A DNA stretch of 64,000 nt from Acidobacteriota bacterium (GCA_036507075.1 DASXQR010000097.1:1-64000); one strand, 5' to 3'. Numbered from the stretch's first letter, positions 26,349-37,080 are shown. A program made the numbers and translations. The notes: generated by a model from the letters alone, not told the origin.

Positions 26349-27782
26349 CTATCCTTTCGGCCGGCGCTCCAGGACGATGCCGAATTTTTCCATCTTCCGG
26401 TAGAAGGCCTGCCTGCTGATACCAAGCTCGGAAGCCGCCAGGGAAACGACGCCGTCCGCCCGTATCAGCGCCTCCTCAATTCTCGCTCTTTCCGGGTCGA
26501 TTTCGCCACTGGTGCGTTCCGCCGTTTCTGGTCTCCCGGCCGGCTGCGGCCTGGATGGGACGTGGATTCCGAGATCTTCGGGCTCGATGGCGTCGCGTTG
26601 CCGGGTTAGAGTGGCGCGATGAACCATGTTTCGGAGCTCTCTCACGTTGCCGGGCCAGTGATACTGGAGCAGAGATTCCTCGGCCTGGGGGCTGAGCGGC
26701 GGCGGGGGCTCGCCGCGCCCTTGTGAAAATTCTCTCAGGAAATGTTCGGCCAGAGGAAGGATATCTTCAGAGTGTTCGTGAAGCGGCGGTACGTCGATCT
26801 CGATCACCTGCAGTCGAAAATAAAGATCCTCCCGGAAATCGCCCTCGCTGATGGCGCGGCGCAGATCGGTGTTTGTCGCGCTCAGAATGCGCACGTCCAC
26901 CTTTCGCGTGCTGCTGCTGCCCAGGCGTTCAAACTCTCCGCTCTGGAGCACCCGCAGCAGTTTCATCTGCCCGCTGGACGACAGATTCCCTACCTCGTCC
27001 AAAAAAAGCGTGCCGCCGTTGGCCGCTTCAAATCTTCCCACGCGAAGTTTTTGCGACCCGGTAAATGCGCCCGGCTCGGCTCCAAACAGCTCGCTTTCCA
27101 TCAGGTCGTCCGGGATGGCTCCCACATTGACGCGCACAAACGGTGCCCGGCTGCGCGTAGAGTTGGCCTGGATAATTTCGGCTATCTTCTCCTTGCCCGA
27201 TCCGCTCGGACCGGTAATCAGCACCGGGACATCGGAACGCGCAATAGTAGCCGCCAGTGAAATGACGCGATGCATCGCTTCGCTGGCATAAACCACGCCA
27301 CAGATGTTGTAGCGGCGCGACAGCGCCTCCCTAGCCTGGCGTTTCTCCTGGTACAGGCGCATGTTTTCCATCTGCAACTGGCGCATCTTGAGGAGGTTTT
27401 GCACGCTGTTTAGAAGCTTTTCGTCATCCCACGGTTTGGCAAGGTAGTCCGCCGCTCCTTCTTTAATGAGTGCAACCGCTGTCTCGAGTGAAGTCCATCC
27501 GGTAATCAGAAGGATGGGAAGGTCCGGATCCCCGCTGCGAATTTGCCGAAACAGTGCGACCCCTTCTTCTCCCGAAGTCTTGTCCCGCCCAAAGTTCATG
27601 TCCTGAATCACTACACCGATCTCTTTCCGATGGATCTTGTCGAGCGCTTCTACCGGGGTAAACGCCGTCTCGCATCCAACGCCATGGATCTCGAAGAGAA
27701 CCTTCAGCGCTTTGCACACAGCCGGCTGGTCGTCAACGATGAGAACCTTAGGCACGATAGAGTTTCGAATTGGCGAATTCAA
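26349..27782 (-). CDS. sigma54-dependent NtrC-family response regulator
   Basis: REC domain, 'GPSGSGKE', 'GAFTG', 'WPGNVREL' and Fis-type HTH. Confidence 0.95.
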   Translation of the reverse strand: MNSPIRNSIVPKVLIVDDQPAVCKALKVLFEIHGVGCETAFTPVEALDKIHRKEIGVVIQDMNFGRDKTSGEEGVALFRQIRSGDPDLPILLITGWTSLETAVALIKEGAADYLAKPWDDEKLLNSVQNLLKMRQLQMENMRLYQEKRQAREALSRRYNICGVVYASEAMHRVISLAATIARSDVPVLITGPSGSGKEKIAEIIQANSTRSRAPFVRVNVGAIPDDLMESELFGAEPGAFTGSQKLRVGRFEAANGGTLFLDEVGNLSSSGQMKLLRVLQSGEFERLGSSSTRKVDVRILSATNTDLRRAISEGDFREDLYFRLQVIEIDVPPLHEHSEDILPLAEHFLREFSQGRGEPPPPLSPQAEESLLQYHWPGNVRELRNMVHRATLTRQRDAIEPEDLGIHVPSRPQPAGRPETAERTSGEIDPERARIEEALIRADGVVSLAASELGISRQAFYRKMEKFGIVLERRPKG

Positions 27783-27967
27783 TTCAGCACCCGCATGGCG
27801 GTCCTTCGGGGCCGCGGCTGTGCTTGCCCAACGAGGCCCTCGGGGCTCTGCAAGTTGCGCCCCGAATGAGCCGATGCCCTTACATTCCCTAAAATGTCCA
27901 GAGCCCGGGGCGCGAAATAAGTCGCTCCCGGACGCGGCAGAGCCGCGTCAGCCGGACACACACGGAA

Positions 27968-29170
27968 CTACACGGTGCGCGTGGCCAGCGCGGGCTTGAT
28001 GCGTGCGCCCCGAAGCGCCGGGGCAAAGGCCGAGCTCAGACCGGTGAACCAGAGCAGCAGCACGCCGCCGACCACCAGCCTCCAATCCATCTTCGTCCCG
28101 CTGACAAAGGTGACCAGCAGGTAATTAAGGCCATAGGTGAAACCCACACCCGCGGCCACGCCCAGGGAGGTGATGATCCAGTTCTCCAGCAGGAAGTATC
28201 GCACGATGTCCAGTTTGCGCGCGCCCAGCGCCCGCCGGGTTCCAATGTGATGGGTGCGCTCCGTCACCGAGAACGAAGTAATTCCTACGATTCCCAGAGC
28301 CGTGACAAAGACCAGCAGGAAAATGACCGCTGTCAGCATCTTGATCACTGCCCGGTTGGCTTCGTAAGTCCTGGCTTTCATTTCGGAGAGCGTCTTGAGC
28401 TCGACGTTGCGGCCGTTGTTCAGCTTCAGCAGCTCCTTCTCGAGCCTGGGAATCAGAGCGGGAACCTGGCTGGGCGACGCGCGCACGATGTAGCGAAGAC
28501 CCCAGTTGAAGTTTCCTGGCTTGTCAGGGAAAAAGGTAACGTAGGTGACGTTGCGCCACGTTGGCCAGGAACCCATCATCGTCTCCGTGATCCCCACGAT
28601 CGTGTGTGGATACTCGGCAGTCCGGCTCTGGAGCTGTTTACCCAAAGCGTCCCCCCTGGGGAAGAGCCGGTCGGCAAAGGCCTTGGTAATGATCACGTTC
28701 TTGGATCTGCTTGCGGTGATGTCCGAATCAACGAAGTTTCTTCCCTGAATCAGCCGTACTCCCAAAGCATTCAGAATATCGATGCCGGCCTCAAAGTAAC
28801 CGGTGCCGATTGTGTTCTTTTTGTCTCCGAGCGGTTTGTATCCGGAAGAACTGCCCGAACCGCTCAGGGGAAAGGCGCTGATCGATTCGGCCGCAATCAC
28901 GCCGGGAATGGATCGCATCATCTCCACGTCGGCCTTGCGCGCATTGTCCAGGTATTGCTTCTCCTTGAAATCGGCGGCGAACGGCATGCTGGTGATGGCA
29001 ATGATGCCGCCCTCGTCGAGTCCAGTGGAACGGTTGATCTGGTTGAGCGTGTGCAGCGTTATGTTGATGCAATTCACCACGATCGCAAGCGTCAGCGCCA
29101 CTTCCAGGCTGATGAGAATGAATCGGGTCTTGTTGCGTGTCAGTGTTCTGAAAATCGGTCCGAATTCCAT
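27968..29170 (-). CDS. ABC transporter permease (MacB/FtsX family)
   Basis: 'ERTHHIGTRRALGA' and four-TM layout. Confidence 0.9.
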   Translation of the reverse strand: MEFGPIFRTLTRNKTRFILISLEVALTLAIVVNCINITLHTLNQINRSTGLDEGGIIAITSMPFAADFKEKQYLDNARKADVEMMRSIPGVIAAESISAFPLSGSGSSSGYKPLGDKKNTIGTGYFEAGIDILNALGVRLIQGRNFVDSDITASRSKNVIITKAFADRLFPRGDALGKQLQSRTAEYPHTIVGITETMMGSWPTWRNVTYVTFFPDKPGNFNWGLRYIVRASPSQVPALIPRLEKELLKLNNGRNVELKTLSEMKARTYEANRAVIKMLTAVIFLLVFVTALGIVGITSFSVTERTHHIGTRRALGARKLDIVRYFLLENWIITSLGVAAGVGFTYGLNYLLVTFVSGTKMDWRLVVGGVLLLWFTGLSSAFAPALRGARIKPALATRTV

Positions 29171-29173
29171 GAT

Positions 29174-30487
29174 CTACTGCTCCTTTAGATAAACGGCCGG
29201 CGGAATGGAACAGATGCGCCAAGCCGGGTAAAGTCCCGCAATCAGTCCCGCCGTCAAAGCCAGGCCGATGGCGGCTATCACCATCAGGCCGTCGAGCTGA
29301 AATTTGAAATTTATTTCGAACAGAGAGTTGATCAGCTTCAGCCCGCCGATCGACAACAGCACGCCCAGCACGCCGCCCAGCACGCCCACCAATTCGCATT
29401 CAATGATGTGCTGGACAAAAATAGACCACTTGCTTGCGCCCAGCGCGCGCCGCACGCCGACCTCGGGAGCCCTGCCCAGGAATTTCCCCAGCAGAATACC
29501 GATCAGATTGAGGGCGCACACCACTAAAAACAGCATCGAGATTACCAGCATGCTGGTGGCTTCTTCGGGAACGACCTTCTCAATCTTCATCCATTCCATC
29601 ACCGGCAGCAGCTTGTTGTTCAAGGGCCGCTGCATGCGGCCGAGTAACTTCTGGCCCTTGACATAGGAATTCAGGAAATCCATGTAGGCTTCCTTCTGCT
29701 TTTCCGTGTCGAGCTGCACCCACATCTGGATCCAGATCGATTCTCCGTTCAAATGCGCTTCAAAGCCTTCGCCGTCGTCGTTCTTCCATCCCGAAGTGTT
29801 CCCTGCGCTGTACAACTCGAGCGGACGGACAAAGTTGAATGGAAGATAGATCTCCTCCGGCTTTTCAAAGGCGCCGTTATGCACGTCAAAAAACTTCGGG
29901 CGCGGAAACCATGGCTTCAGTACGCCGACCACTTTGAATTCGCGGTCCTCGACGCGCAGCAGCTTTCCCACGCTGTTCCGGCCTCCGAAGACCTTCTGGT
30001 TGGTTTCGTTGTCGAGCACCACAACCTGCTCAGGACCGGCATCGGCGCTTCTGGGCCAGCCCGAACCATATTGAAAAGGAACGTCGAACAACGGAAAGAA
30101 ATCACTGAAGCACATCCGCGCCACCACTTTGAAAGGACGTCCCACATTGGGAGGCGGATGAACATACAGCGATGCCTTGAAACTCCCCCCCTGGTAGGTG
30201 GGGATGTTGCTCTTCATGATCTCCACCGTGTCGCGGTAAGTAAGCTGGTTGGGGGTCGCTTTGGGGTTGGAATCATCCCAGCCCCGGGCCGGATCCCAAC
30301 TGTCCAACTCGACGTAGTAGAGCCTGTCGCTCTTATGCGGAATAGGATTTCCCGACAACAGGTGGTGCGTCGTCATGAATGTCGTGGAAACGCCGATGCC
30401 CAGGGCTATTCCGAAGATGATCAGCGTGGAAAGAATCGGGTTGCGTCTCAGGCTCTTGAACGCGATGCGCAGGTGATAAAGCAGCAT
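29174..30487 (-). CDS. ABC transporter permease (MacB/FtsX family)
   Basis: 'RAPEVGVRRALGAS' and C-terminal 'GLYPAWR'. Confidence 0.9.
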   Translation of the reverse strand: MLLYHLRIAFKSLRRNPILSTLIIFGIALGIGVSTTFMTTHHLLSGNPIPHKSDRLYYVELDSWDPARGWDDSNPKATPNQLTYRDTVEIMKSNIPTYQGGSFKASLYVHPPPNVGRPFKVVARMCFSDFFPLFDVPFQYGSGWPRSADAGPEQVVVLDNETNQKVFGGRNSVGKLLRVEDREFKVVGVLKPWFPRPKFFDVHNGAFEKPEEIYLPFNFVRPLELYSAGNTSGWKNDDGEGFEAHLNGESIWIQMWVQLDTEKQKEAYMDFLNSYVKGQKLLGRMQRPLNNKLLPVMEWMKIEKVVPEEATSMLVISMLFLVVCALNLIGILLGKFLGRAPEVGVRRALGASKWSIFVQHIIECELVGVLGGVLGVLLSIGGLKLINSLFEINFKFQLDGLMVIAAIGLALTAGLIAGLYPAWRICSIPPAVYLKEQ

Positions 30488-30495
30488 GCAACCTC

Positions 30496-31218
30496 CTAAG
30501 TCGTGGCTGAAGCGGGGTTGACGTGGGTATACAGAGCGGCGGGCCTTTCCGGCTGCAGGTCGATTACCTTGCCGTCGAGCAAGTGAATAGACCGGGCCGC
30601 GCGCGCCGCCAGTTCCGGATCATGCGTCACCATGATGATGGTGGTGCCCTCCTGATTGATCTTCTCCATCAGGTCCATGATCTCGCGCGCCATCAGCGAG
30701 TCCAGGTTGCCGGTCGGTTCGTCGGCCAGGATAAGCCTCGGCCTTCCGACCAGCGCCCGGGCAATGGCCACGCGCTGCTGCTGGCCTCCGGAAAGCTGCG
30801 ACGGGTAATGCTTCATGCGGGAGACAAGACCCACTATTGACAGTGCCTGTTCAATGGCACTCTTGCGCTCCGCCTTATTCTTGCGGCTGTAGCGCAGCGG
30901 AACATCGATGTTGTCGTAGACGTTCAGGTCGGGAATCAGGTTGAAGGTTTGGAAAATGAACCCGATCTTCTGGTTGCGAATGCGCGACATCTCTCCATCG
31001 CTCAAACGCGAGACATCTGCTCCGTCCAGGTGGTAGGTCCCGTTCTCAAACGTGTCGAGCAAGCCGGCGACGTTCAAAAACGTGGTTTTGCCGCAGCCGG
31101 AAGGCCCCATGATCGAGATGAACTCTCCGGATTCGACTTCCAGATCAAACTCACTCAGGGCGTGGGTCTCGATCATGTCAGTCCGGTAGATCTTGCTGAC
31201 TTTGGCCATCTTTAACAT
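30496..31218 (-). CDS. ABC transporter ATP-binding protein (LolD/MacB-like)
   Basis: [16 protein letters not shown] and [17 protein letters not shown] before ATG 31218. Confidence 0.95.
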   Translation of the reverse strand: MLKMAKVSKIYRTDMIETHALSEFDLEVESGEFISIMGPSGCGKTTFLNVAGLLDTFENGTYHLDGADVSRLSDGEMSRIRNQKIGFIFQTFNLIPDLNVYDNIDVPLRYSRKNKAERKSAIEQALSIVGLVSRMKHYPSQLSGGQQQRVAIARALVGRPRLILADEPTGNLDSLMAREIMDLMEKINQEGTTIIMVTHDPELAARAARSIHLLDGKVIDLQPERPAALYTHVNPASATT

Positions 31219-31272
31219 TCGAAATTCCTCCAATTAGAACTGAACAGCGAAGGCGCGAAAGCGCGAATTGTT

Positions 31273-32550
31273 TTACTTCCTGAGTAGAAGGGTCCTGGCT
31301 CCTTCAAACCGGGTGGCGTCGGATAAGATGATTTCTTCTCCTTCGTCCAGGCCCGAGACCACTTCCACTTCCGTCACGCTGATTGCTCCCACTTGAATAG
31401 GACGCAGCCGGGCCATGTTGTCCTCGACCACGTAGGCCTGCCGGCCGCCCAGGCTCTCCAGGAACGGGCCGCGCGGAACTTTTAGAACATTGCGCCTTCC
31501 TTCCAGGATCAGGCGCGTGCTGACTCGCTGGTTTTCTTTAAGACCGGAAGGCGAAGCGGACGAGAAAACCACAACCGCTTTTACCTGGCTGTTTTCCACT
31601 TCGGGCGAGATCGATTTCACTTGGCCGGTGTACTCCTGTCCTTCATAAAGAATGGAGGCGCCGGTTCCCGGCCGGATCTCACCGGCAAAGTTCTCGGGGA
31701 TCAGGACCTCGACCTGATATTTGGAAAGATCGACCACGCTGAACAAAACCTGGTTGGGCTGGACCATGTCCTTGTCTTTCACGTCCACGCGCGCGACCAT
31801 GCCACTGACCGGAGACACGAGCGCGAGTTCGGAGATTCGACGCTGCACTTCCTTTACCACCAGCCCCTGGCGCTCGACCAGCAATTCCCTGTTGCGGATT
31901 TCAAAGTCGGAGGTTTCCTTATCCAGTTTGGTCTTTTCCCTGGCGTGGGCCAGCTCGAGCGAAGAGACCTTCACGTCATCCTGCGCCTTTTCGTAATCAA
32001 TCGCATTGCCCAGACCCTGCTCGGCCAGACTTTTGGCGCGCTTCATCGCCCGTTCATTTGCTTCCAGGCGCACCCCCAGCAGGTTTGCCTGCTGGACGTT
32101 CTGCAGATATGCCTGCTTGCTTGTGATCTTTTGACGTTCCAGATCGGATTTCAGGGAAAGCAGAGTAGACATTTCCTGCTTTAACTGGTTCTGCAGTTCC
32201 GGGCTTTCAATGCGCGCCAGCACCGACCCGCGGATGACGACTTCGCCCGCTTTCGAGGCTATGGAAATAATTCCCTGCGCGGGACTGACGATGGTGGGAT
32301 GGTCTGAGGCCACGATTTTGCCCTGCACGGAAACATCACGGACCAGGTCCCCTCGCGCGACGCGACCGAAATTGAGGCGCGATGCCTCCACCGATTGTTC
32401 GGCAATCGCCCAGCGGCGCAGCGAAGGATAAAGAGACACGACAACCGCCAGAATGACAATTCCCACTCCTGCGGTCGCCGCTGCCTTCCAGCTCTTGAAC
32501 CACGCCTTCTTCCGAATGACGCGGTCCATGGTTGAAGCTTCTTGAATCAT
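31273..32550 (-). CDS. efflux periplasmic adaptor (HlyD/MacA-like)
   Basis: N-terminal TM, lipoyl-like 'SPVSGMV', coiled coil and 'VEVVSGLDEGEEII'. Confidence 0.9.
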   Translation of the reverse strand: MIQEASTMDRVIRKKAWFKSWKAAATAGVGIVILAVVVSLYPSLRRWAIAEQSVEASRLNFGRVARGDLVRDVSVQGKIVASDHPTIVSPAQGIISIASKAGEVVIRGSVLARIESPELQNQLKQEMSTLLSLKSDLERQKITSKQAYLQNVQQANLLGVRLEANERAMKRAKSLAEQGLGNAIDYEKAQDDVKVSSLELAHAREKTKLDKETSDFEIRNRELLVERQGLVVKEVQRRISELALVSPVSGMVARVDVKDKDMVQPNQVLFSVVDLSKYQVEVLIPENFAGEIRPGTGASILYEGQEYTGQVKSISPEVENSQVKAVVVFSSASPSGLKENQRVSTRLILEGRRNVLKVPRGPFLESLGGRQAYVVEDNMARLRPIQVGAISVTEVEVVSGLDEGEEIILSDATRFEGARTLLLRK

Positions 32551-32565
32551 TTGACTTTCTGCTTT

Positions 32566-32580
32566 GCAATCGATGTGCCA
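32566..32580 (-). promoter_or_regulatory. sigma54 -24/-12 promoter
   Basis: TGGCAC-ATCGA-TTGC on the minus strand, 15 nt before the operon ATG; the operon encodes an NtrC-like activator. Confidence 0.85.
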
Positions 32581-32656
32581 CTGACCAACTTCAGTTAGAC
32601 GGTGTTACGGCACAATAGGTTGGGGGAACGATGAAGAACCCTGGCGGGGCCGGAGT

Positions 32657-32693
32657 TGACATTTGTCCGGGGTTTTTTGCGGACAAGTGTCCG
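32657..32693. promoter_or_regulatory. candidate upstream activator sites
   Basis: Paired palindromes TGACATTTGTCCG and CGGACAAGTGTCCG, ~80-110 bp upstream of the sigma54 promoter. Confidence 0.55.
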
Positions 32694-32701
32694 GTCAAAA
32701 A

Positions 32702-32854
32702 GACTGAACCGCCAAGAGCACCAAGAGCGCTAAGAACGGCGAAGGGACGAGGCCATGGGGGCGCCCGACGCGCCTTTGATGCCACCTATATTCAAGTTTT
32801 TCGCCCCGTACCGTCTGCTGTCTTGGCGCTCTTGGCGTTCCTGGCGGTCCAGTC
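32702..32854. repeat. palindromic element, ACCGCCAAG family
   Basis: Arms GACTGAACCGCCAAG and CTGGCGGTCCAGTC with 9-nt sub-repeats. Confidence 0.8.
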
Positions 32855-32869
32855 TTTTTGAATTGTCCC

Positions 32870-33211
32870 TCAGACGGCGTGGCGGCGGTCGCCGCGACGG
32901 CGGTCGGCTACGCGTCTATCGTTGGGGTAGGGAATCGCCGAACTTGCCTGGCGCCGATCGCCCTTGCGGCGGTCGCCTCTGCGGCGCTCGGTCCAGTAAA
33001 AGTGCTCATTGACAACCGCCATCACCTGATTGCGACAATCCAGGCACTCGATAATGTGATCGATGATGACGCGTTCCTTTTGTTCCGAATTCAACGGGCC
33101 CAGGACAAAGCGGCGAAGCTCTTCAGGACTGATGCAGGAATTCATGGAATCGGTGCCCCCCATGACAAAAGTGTAATGCTTCAAGACGGGCAATTTCAAC
33201 CATTTCAGCAC
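32870..33211 (-). CDS. small hypothetical protein with zf-HC-like HxxxCxxC and repeated DRR motifs; true start probably downstream
   Basis: 'DHIIECLDC' and 'ERRRGDRRKGDRR...DRRVADRRRGDRR'. Confidence 0.6.
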   Translation of the reverse strand: MLKWLKLPVLKHYTFVMGGTDSMNSCISPEELRRFVLGPLNSEQKERVIIDHIIECLDCRNQVMAVVNEHFYWTERRRGDRRKGDRRQASSAIPYPNDRRVADRRRGDRRHAV

Positions 33212-33344
33212 CTTTTTGCGAACTTGTGAATCCGGTCACCGCCGGCCGCTGCGGTCATCGATTATTTTCGCAGTGTCCTCATCGGCGGTCCGGCTAGGCG
33301 GCTCCCATCGAAAGGACCTTCAAAAATCCACAGAGGCGGGATCG

Positions 33345-33719
33345 ATGCATAAAATTCTGGTCGTAGATGATGACACCATGGTCATCCAGTTTCTTAAGAA
33401 CTTCCTGGAGAAAAAAAATTATCAGGTTGTGACCGCATCCAACGGTGTGGAAGCTCTTGAAAAAGTGCAGCAGGAAAGTCCGCACATCATTCTGATGGAT
33501 GTCTACATGCCTCAGATGGGCGGCCTGGAAGCCCTCAAGAAGATAAAGCAGATTAACAAGGAGATCGGCGTCATCATGGTCACCGCAATGGAAGACGAAA
33601 AGCTTGGATCGACGGCTCTAAACCTTGGAGCCTTCGATTACATAGTCAAGCCTCTGGACCTGAATCGTCTGCAGAATTTGGTCTGGACAAAGCTGCAGAT
33701 GCTGGAAAAGGCTTCCTGA
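33345..33719 (+). CDS. single-domain response regulator (CheY-like)
   Basis: 'KILVVDDD', 'ILMDVYMP' and 'YIVKP'. Confidence 0.9.
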   Translation: MHKILVVDDDTMVIQFLKNFLEKKNYQVVTASNGVEALEKVQQESPHIILMDVYMPQMGGLEALKKIKQINKEIGVIMVTAMEDEKLGSTALNLGAFDYIVKPLDLNRLQNLVWTKLQMLEKAS

Positions 33720-33720
33720 A

Positions 33721-33941
33721 GCTGCGCGTCAGTCTTCCCTGAAAATTTACCGCCAAGACCGCCAAGAACGCCGAGACGGCGCCAAGGACGGGGCTGAAAC
33801 TTGAAGTATGAAGCCCATCAAAACCATGTCAGGCACCGACATGGTGGCTTCAGACTTCAAGTTTCAGCCCCGTCCTTGGCGCTGTGCTTAGCGCTCTTAG
33901 CGGTCTTGGCGGTGAATTTTTAGGGAAGACTGACGCGCAGC
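33721..33941. repeat. long palindromic element, ACCGCCAAG family
   Basis: Inverted arms including GGACGGGGCTGAAACTTGAAG and CTTCAAGTTTCAGCCCCGTCC. Confidence 0.85.
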
Positions 33942-34825
33942 GGCGGGGGTGGCGAGCAGGTGATCTCCATCCACTTCCCCCACTCGGGATGTTGAAATTC
34001 GAGGCGCTCCGAGTGCAGCCAGTATCCAGTGTCACCTGGCAGGGCGCGTGTGCCTTCGATGGGACTGCCTCCCGGCGCGTAAAGCGTATCCCCTGTAAGA
34101 GGGTGCCCTGCGGCAGCAAGGTGGATACGGATCTGGTGGGGTCGCCCGGTCGCGATCACGACTTCCACCAGTGAGCTTTCCGCGCGCCGCTGCAGCACGC
34201 GCACCCGGGTGTGGGCCGGTTTTCCCTGGAAAGAGACCGCATAGACGCTGCCAAGAATCGGGTGTGGGACCGGCCCAACGGGGGCGTCGACGGCAAAATC
34301 GTCACGATCCGGCACTCCTGAAATCAGGGCGCGGTAGACCTTCACCACTTCACTGCGCCGCCAGGCGGCGCTCAACCTGCTGCGGGACTCCGCCGTTCTG
34401 GCAAACAGCACCACGCCCGATGTGCCGCGACCTAAGCGGTGCAGCGGATCCGCCTCCGGATAGATCCGTTTGACCCGCGATAGCAGCGTGTTTTCAAGAA
34501 AACCTCCACCCGGAATTGTGGGGAGCCCGGATGGCTTGGCCAAGCCAATCAGGCACGCATCCATATAGAGAATTGCGAAGTGCAGCGGAGCCTGCGGCTC
34601 CTGCCACGGCGGCCGGCGCCAGATAAGCAGTTGGCCGGCAGAAAGGATGACCTCCGGCACAGCCGTGTTCCCTTGAAGCAACAGAAGATTCGATTCAATG
34701 CGGGCACGCCACTCCTCGCGGCTTGAGTGCCGATACTGCCGGCACAGGTAATCGAGCAACTGCAGTCCGGCCGCTTCGGCGCCAAGCTGTTCCCGATATT
34801 CAAATCCGCGATTCAGATGGGGCAT
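33920..34825 (-). CDS. RluA-family RNA pseudouridine synthase
   Basis: 'AKPSGL', 'HRLGRGTSG' and 'TGRPHQIRIH'. Confidence 0.9.
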   Translation of the reverse strand: MPHLNRGFEYREQLGAEAAGLQLLDYLCRQYRHSSREEWRARIESNLLLLQGNTAVPEVILSAGQLLIWRRPPWQEPQAPLHFAILYMDACLIGLAKPSGLPTIPGGGFLENTLLSRVKRIYPEADPLHRLGRGTSGVVLFARTAESRSRLSAAWRRSEVVKVYRALISGVPDRDDFAVDAPVGPVPHPILGSVYAVSFQGKPAHTRVRVLQRRAESSLVEVVIATGRPHQIRIHLAAAGHPLTGDTLYAPGGSPIEGTRALPGDTGYWLHSERLEFQHPEWGKWMEITCSPPPPLRVSLP

Positions 34826-34941
34826 ATGGAAATCATCCCCCGTTGACGAAAACCTGAAAACACCAGACTATAATCTGGACCTTGCGTTGCACGGGTGACC
34901 GCACCGGCTCGCCCGGCAAGGATCTCCCCCGCGAGGAAAAT

Positions 34942-37077
34942 ATGAGAAACATATCTGCGAAATTCTCTACCCGCTTGCTGTTTATGTGCCGCATCGCTAT
35001 TGCCCTGGTACTGCTTTTGGCCGTCACGGGAGGTGATACACGCAAAACCGTAAAGGCCGCCGGCAGGCGCCCTCTCGAGCTGATAGATTACTACCGAATC
35101 GAAGCGGCGGGCAGGCCGTCAATTTCTCCAGACGGAAAATGGATTGCGTTTACGCGCACTCGGATAGCGGAGGAAGAAAATCGCCGTCACTCCGAGATTT
35201 GGCTGGCGCCCGCAGATGGTTCCGCTGCTGCTTTCCGAATTACCCGCCCTTCGTTCAACTCTTCGAATCCCAGATGGAGTCCCGACGGCAGACTGCTGGC
35301 CTTTACTTCACGGCGCAGCGCGGTTTCGGGGGAGGAAGACACGAGTGAAAGCTCCGTCTGGTTCCTAAGAATGGATACTCCCGCAGGTGAAGCGTTCCAG
35401 ATTCCGGGTGTCGGCGGCTCTCCGCTTTTCAGCCCCGACAATCAGTGGATTGCGTTTACAAAGAAAACCCCCGCGTCCGTGGTGCCGAAAGAAGTCGGAT
35501 CGGAGCTGGAGCGCACGCTTGCCAAAAGATTCAAGGGGCGTATCTACGAGTGGATGAACTTTCGTTTTGACGGCCGTGGCTACCTGCCCGATCCGCGGGA
35601 TTCAAACGCCACCCCTGCAGAAGAACTCTATATTGTTCCCAGAGCAGGCGGAACGCCCCGCCAGGTGACCCGGATGGGAGTGAATGTAGAGTCCCCGGCC
35701 TGGCGGCCGGACAGCGCCGCTCTGGCCATCATCGCCAACCAATACCAGCGCGACGAATACACTTATGAGCGGGCCGATCTATGGCTGGCAGACGTCAACG
35801 GCAGTGTGCGTCGGTTGACCAATGACGGCTTCAACTACAACGCTCCCTGCTGGGCGCCGGACGGAAAATCGCTGGCTGTCCGCCGCCAGCAGGGATTAAG
35901 CGAAGTGATCTCGGCCAGGCAGAACTACGGCGGCGCCGTCGATCTGTACCGCATCTCCACTGAAGATGGAAAACTGAAAAATCTTACTGCCGAATGGGAC
36001 CTGATTCCAGACGACGCCTTATGGCACCCCGATGGACGTTATGTTTATTTCACCGCCGCGGCAGGTGGAAACACACACCTCTTTCGTGTGCCTTCAGCGG
36101 CGGGCGCAGTCGAGCAGGTAACGCGCGGCGACCGCAGGCTTGGCGATCTCAGCGGCTCCGCCACGCTGGATCGGATCGCCTACACTTCCGCAGATCCGGC
36201 GCATCCCGCCGAAGTCTATTCTTCGCGGCTGGACGGTTCCGACGAGAAGAGAATCTCTTCGATCAACGCCGATTTCACTCAAGAAGTGAATTTGAGCAAA
36301 CCGGAGAGAATCACGTTTTCGAGCAAAGACGGTACGCCGGTGGAAGGATGGGTACTGCTGCCCGCCACGTATGCGGGCAATCAGAGCGCTTATCCTCTTA
36401 TTGTGTGTATTCATGGAGGCCCGCACGGCGCTTACGCAAACGACTTTTCTTTTCCGTTTCAATTGCTGGCGGCGAATGGCTACGTGGTGCTGTATACCAA
36501 TCCGCGCGGTTCGACCGGATATGGCGAGAAATTTCTCTGGGCCACATGGGGCGGATGGGGCGTCCTGGATTACCAGGATGTCATGGCCGGGGTCGATTTC
36601 GTCACCGATCATTATCGAATCGATACCCGCCGCATGGGCGTGACCGGCTATTCTTACGGCGGCTTTCTGACCAACTGGATCATTACCCAGACCGACCGCT
36701 TTGCTGCGGCGGTGACCGGCGCGGGAATTTCCAACTGGATCAGCGACTACGGCACAGCCGACATTCCGCGTACAAAGGAGAGCGAGTTCTACGGACCACC
36801 CTGGGAGTCGAGCAGCGGCGAACTGCTGTGCAGGCTCTCTCCGATTACCCACGCGGCCAAAGTACGGACGCCGACGCTCTTTGTTCATGGCGAGGCGGAT
36901 TTGCGGGTCCCCATCGAGCAAGCCGAACAGATGTACACGGCCCTGAAGAAGCTGCGGATACCGGCGCGCTTCGTCCGTTATCCCGAGATGTACCACGGCG
37001 GCTGGACGCCATGGAACACCGTACACCGTTACAACCAGGAGTTGAAATGGTGGGGGAAGTACCTGGGAAATCAGTGA
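34942..37077 (+). CDS. S9-family (prolyl oligopeptidase / acylaminoacyl) peptidase
   Basis: PD40-like repeats, 'IHGGPH', 'GYSYGG' nucleophile and 'HGEADLRVP'. Confidence 0.92.
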   Translation: MRNISAKFSTRLLFMCRIAIALVLLLAVTGGDTRKTVKAAGRRPLELIDYYRIEAAGRPSISPDGKWIAFTRTRIAEEENRRHSEIWLAPADGSAAAFRITRPSFNSSNPRWSPDGRLLAFTSRRSAVSGEEDTSESSVWFLRMDTPAGEAFQIPGVGGSPLFSPDNQWIAFTKKTPASVVPKEVGSELERTLAKRFKGRIYEWMNFRFDGRGYLPDPRDSNATPAEELYIVPRAGGTPRQVTRMGVNVESPAWRPDSAALAIIANQYQRDEYTYERADLWLADVNGSVRRLTNDGFNYNAPCWAPDGKSLAVRRQQGLSEVISARQNYGGAVDLYRISTEDGKLKNLTAEWDLIPDDALWHPDGRYVYFTAAAGGNTHLFRVPSAAGAVEQVTRGDRRLGDLSGSATLDRIAYTSADPAHPAEVYSSRLDGSDEKRISSINADFTQEVNLSKPERITFSSKDGTPVEGWVLLPATYAGNQSAYPLIVCIHGGPHGAYANDFSFPFQLLAANGYVVLYTNPRGSTGYGEKFLWATWGGWGVLDYQDVMAGVDFVTDHYRIDTRRMGVTGYSYGGFLTNWIITQTDRFAAAVTGAGISNWISDYGTADIPRTKESEFYGPPWESSSGELLCRLSPITHAAKVRTPTLFVHGEADLRVPIEQAEQMYTALKKLRIPARFVRYPEMYHGGWTPWNTVHRYNQELKWWGKYLGNQ

Positions 37078-37080
37078 CCG

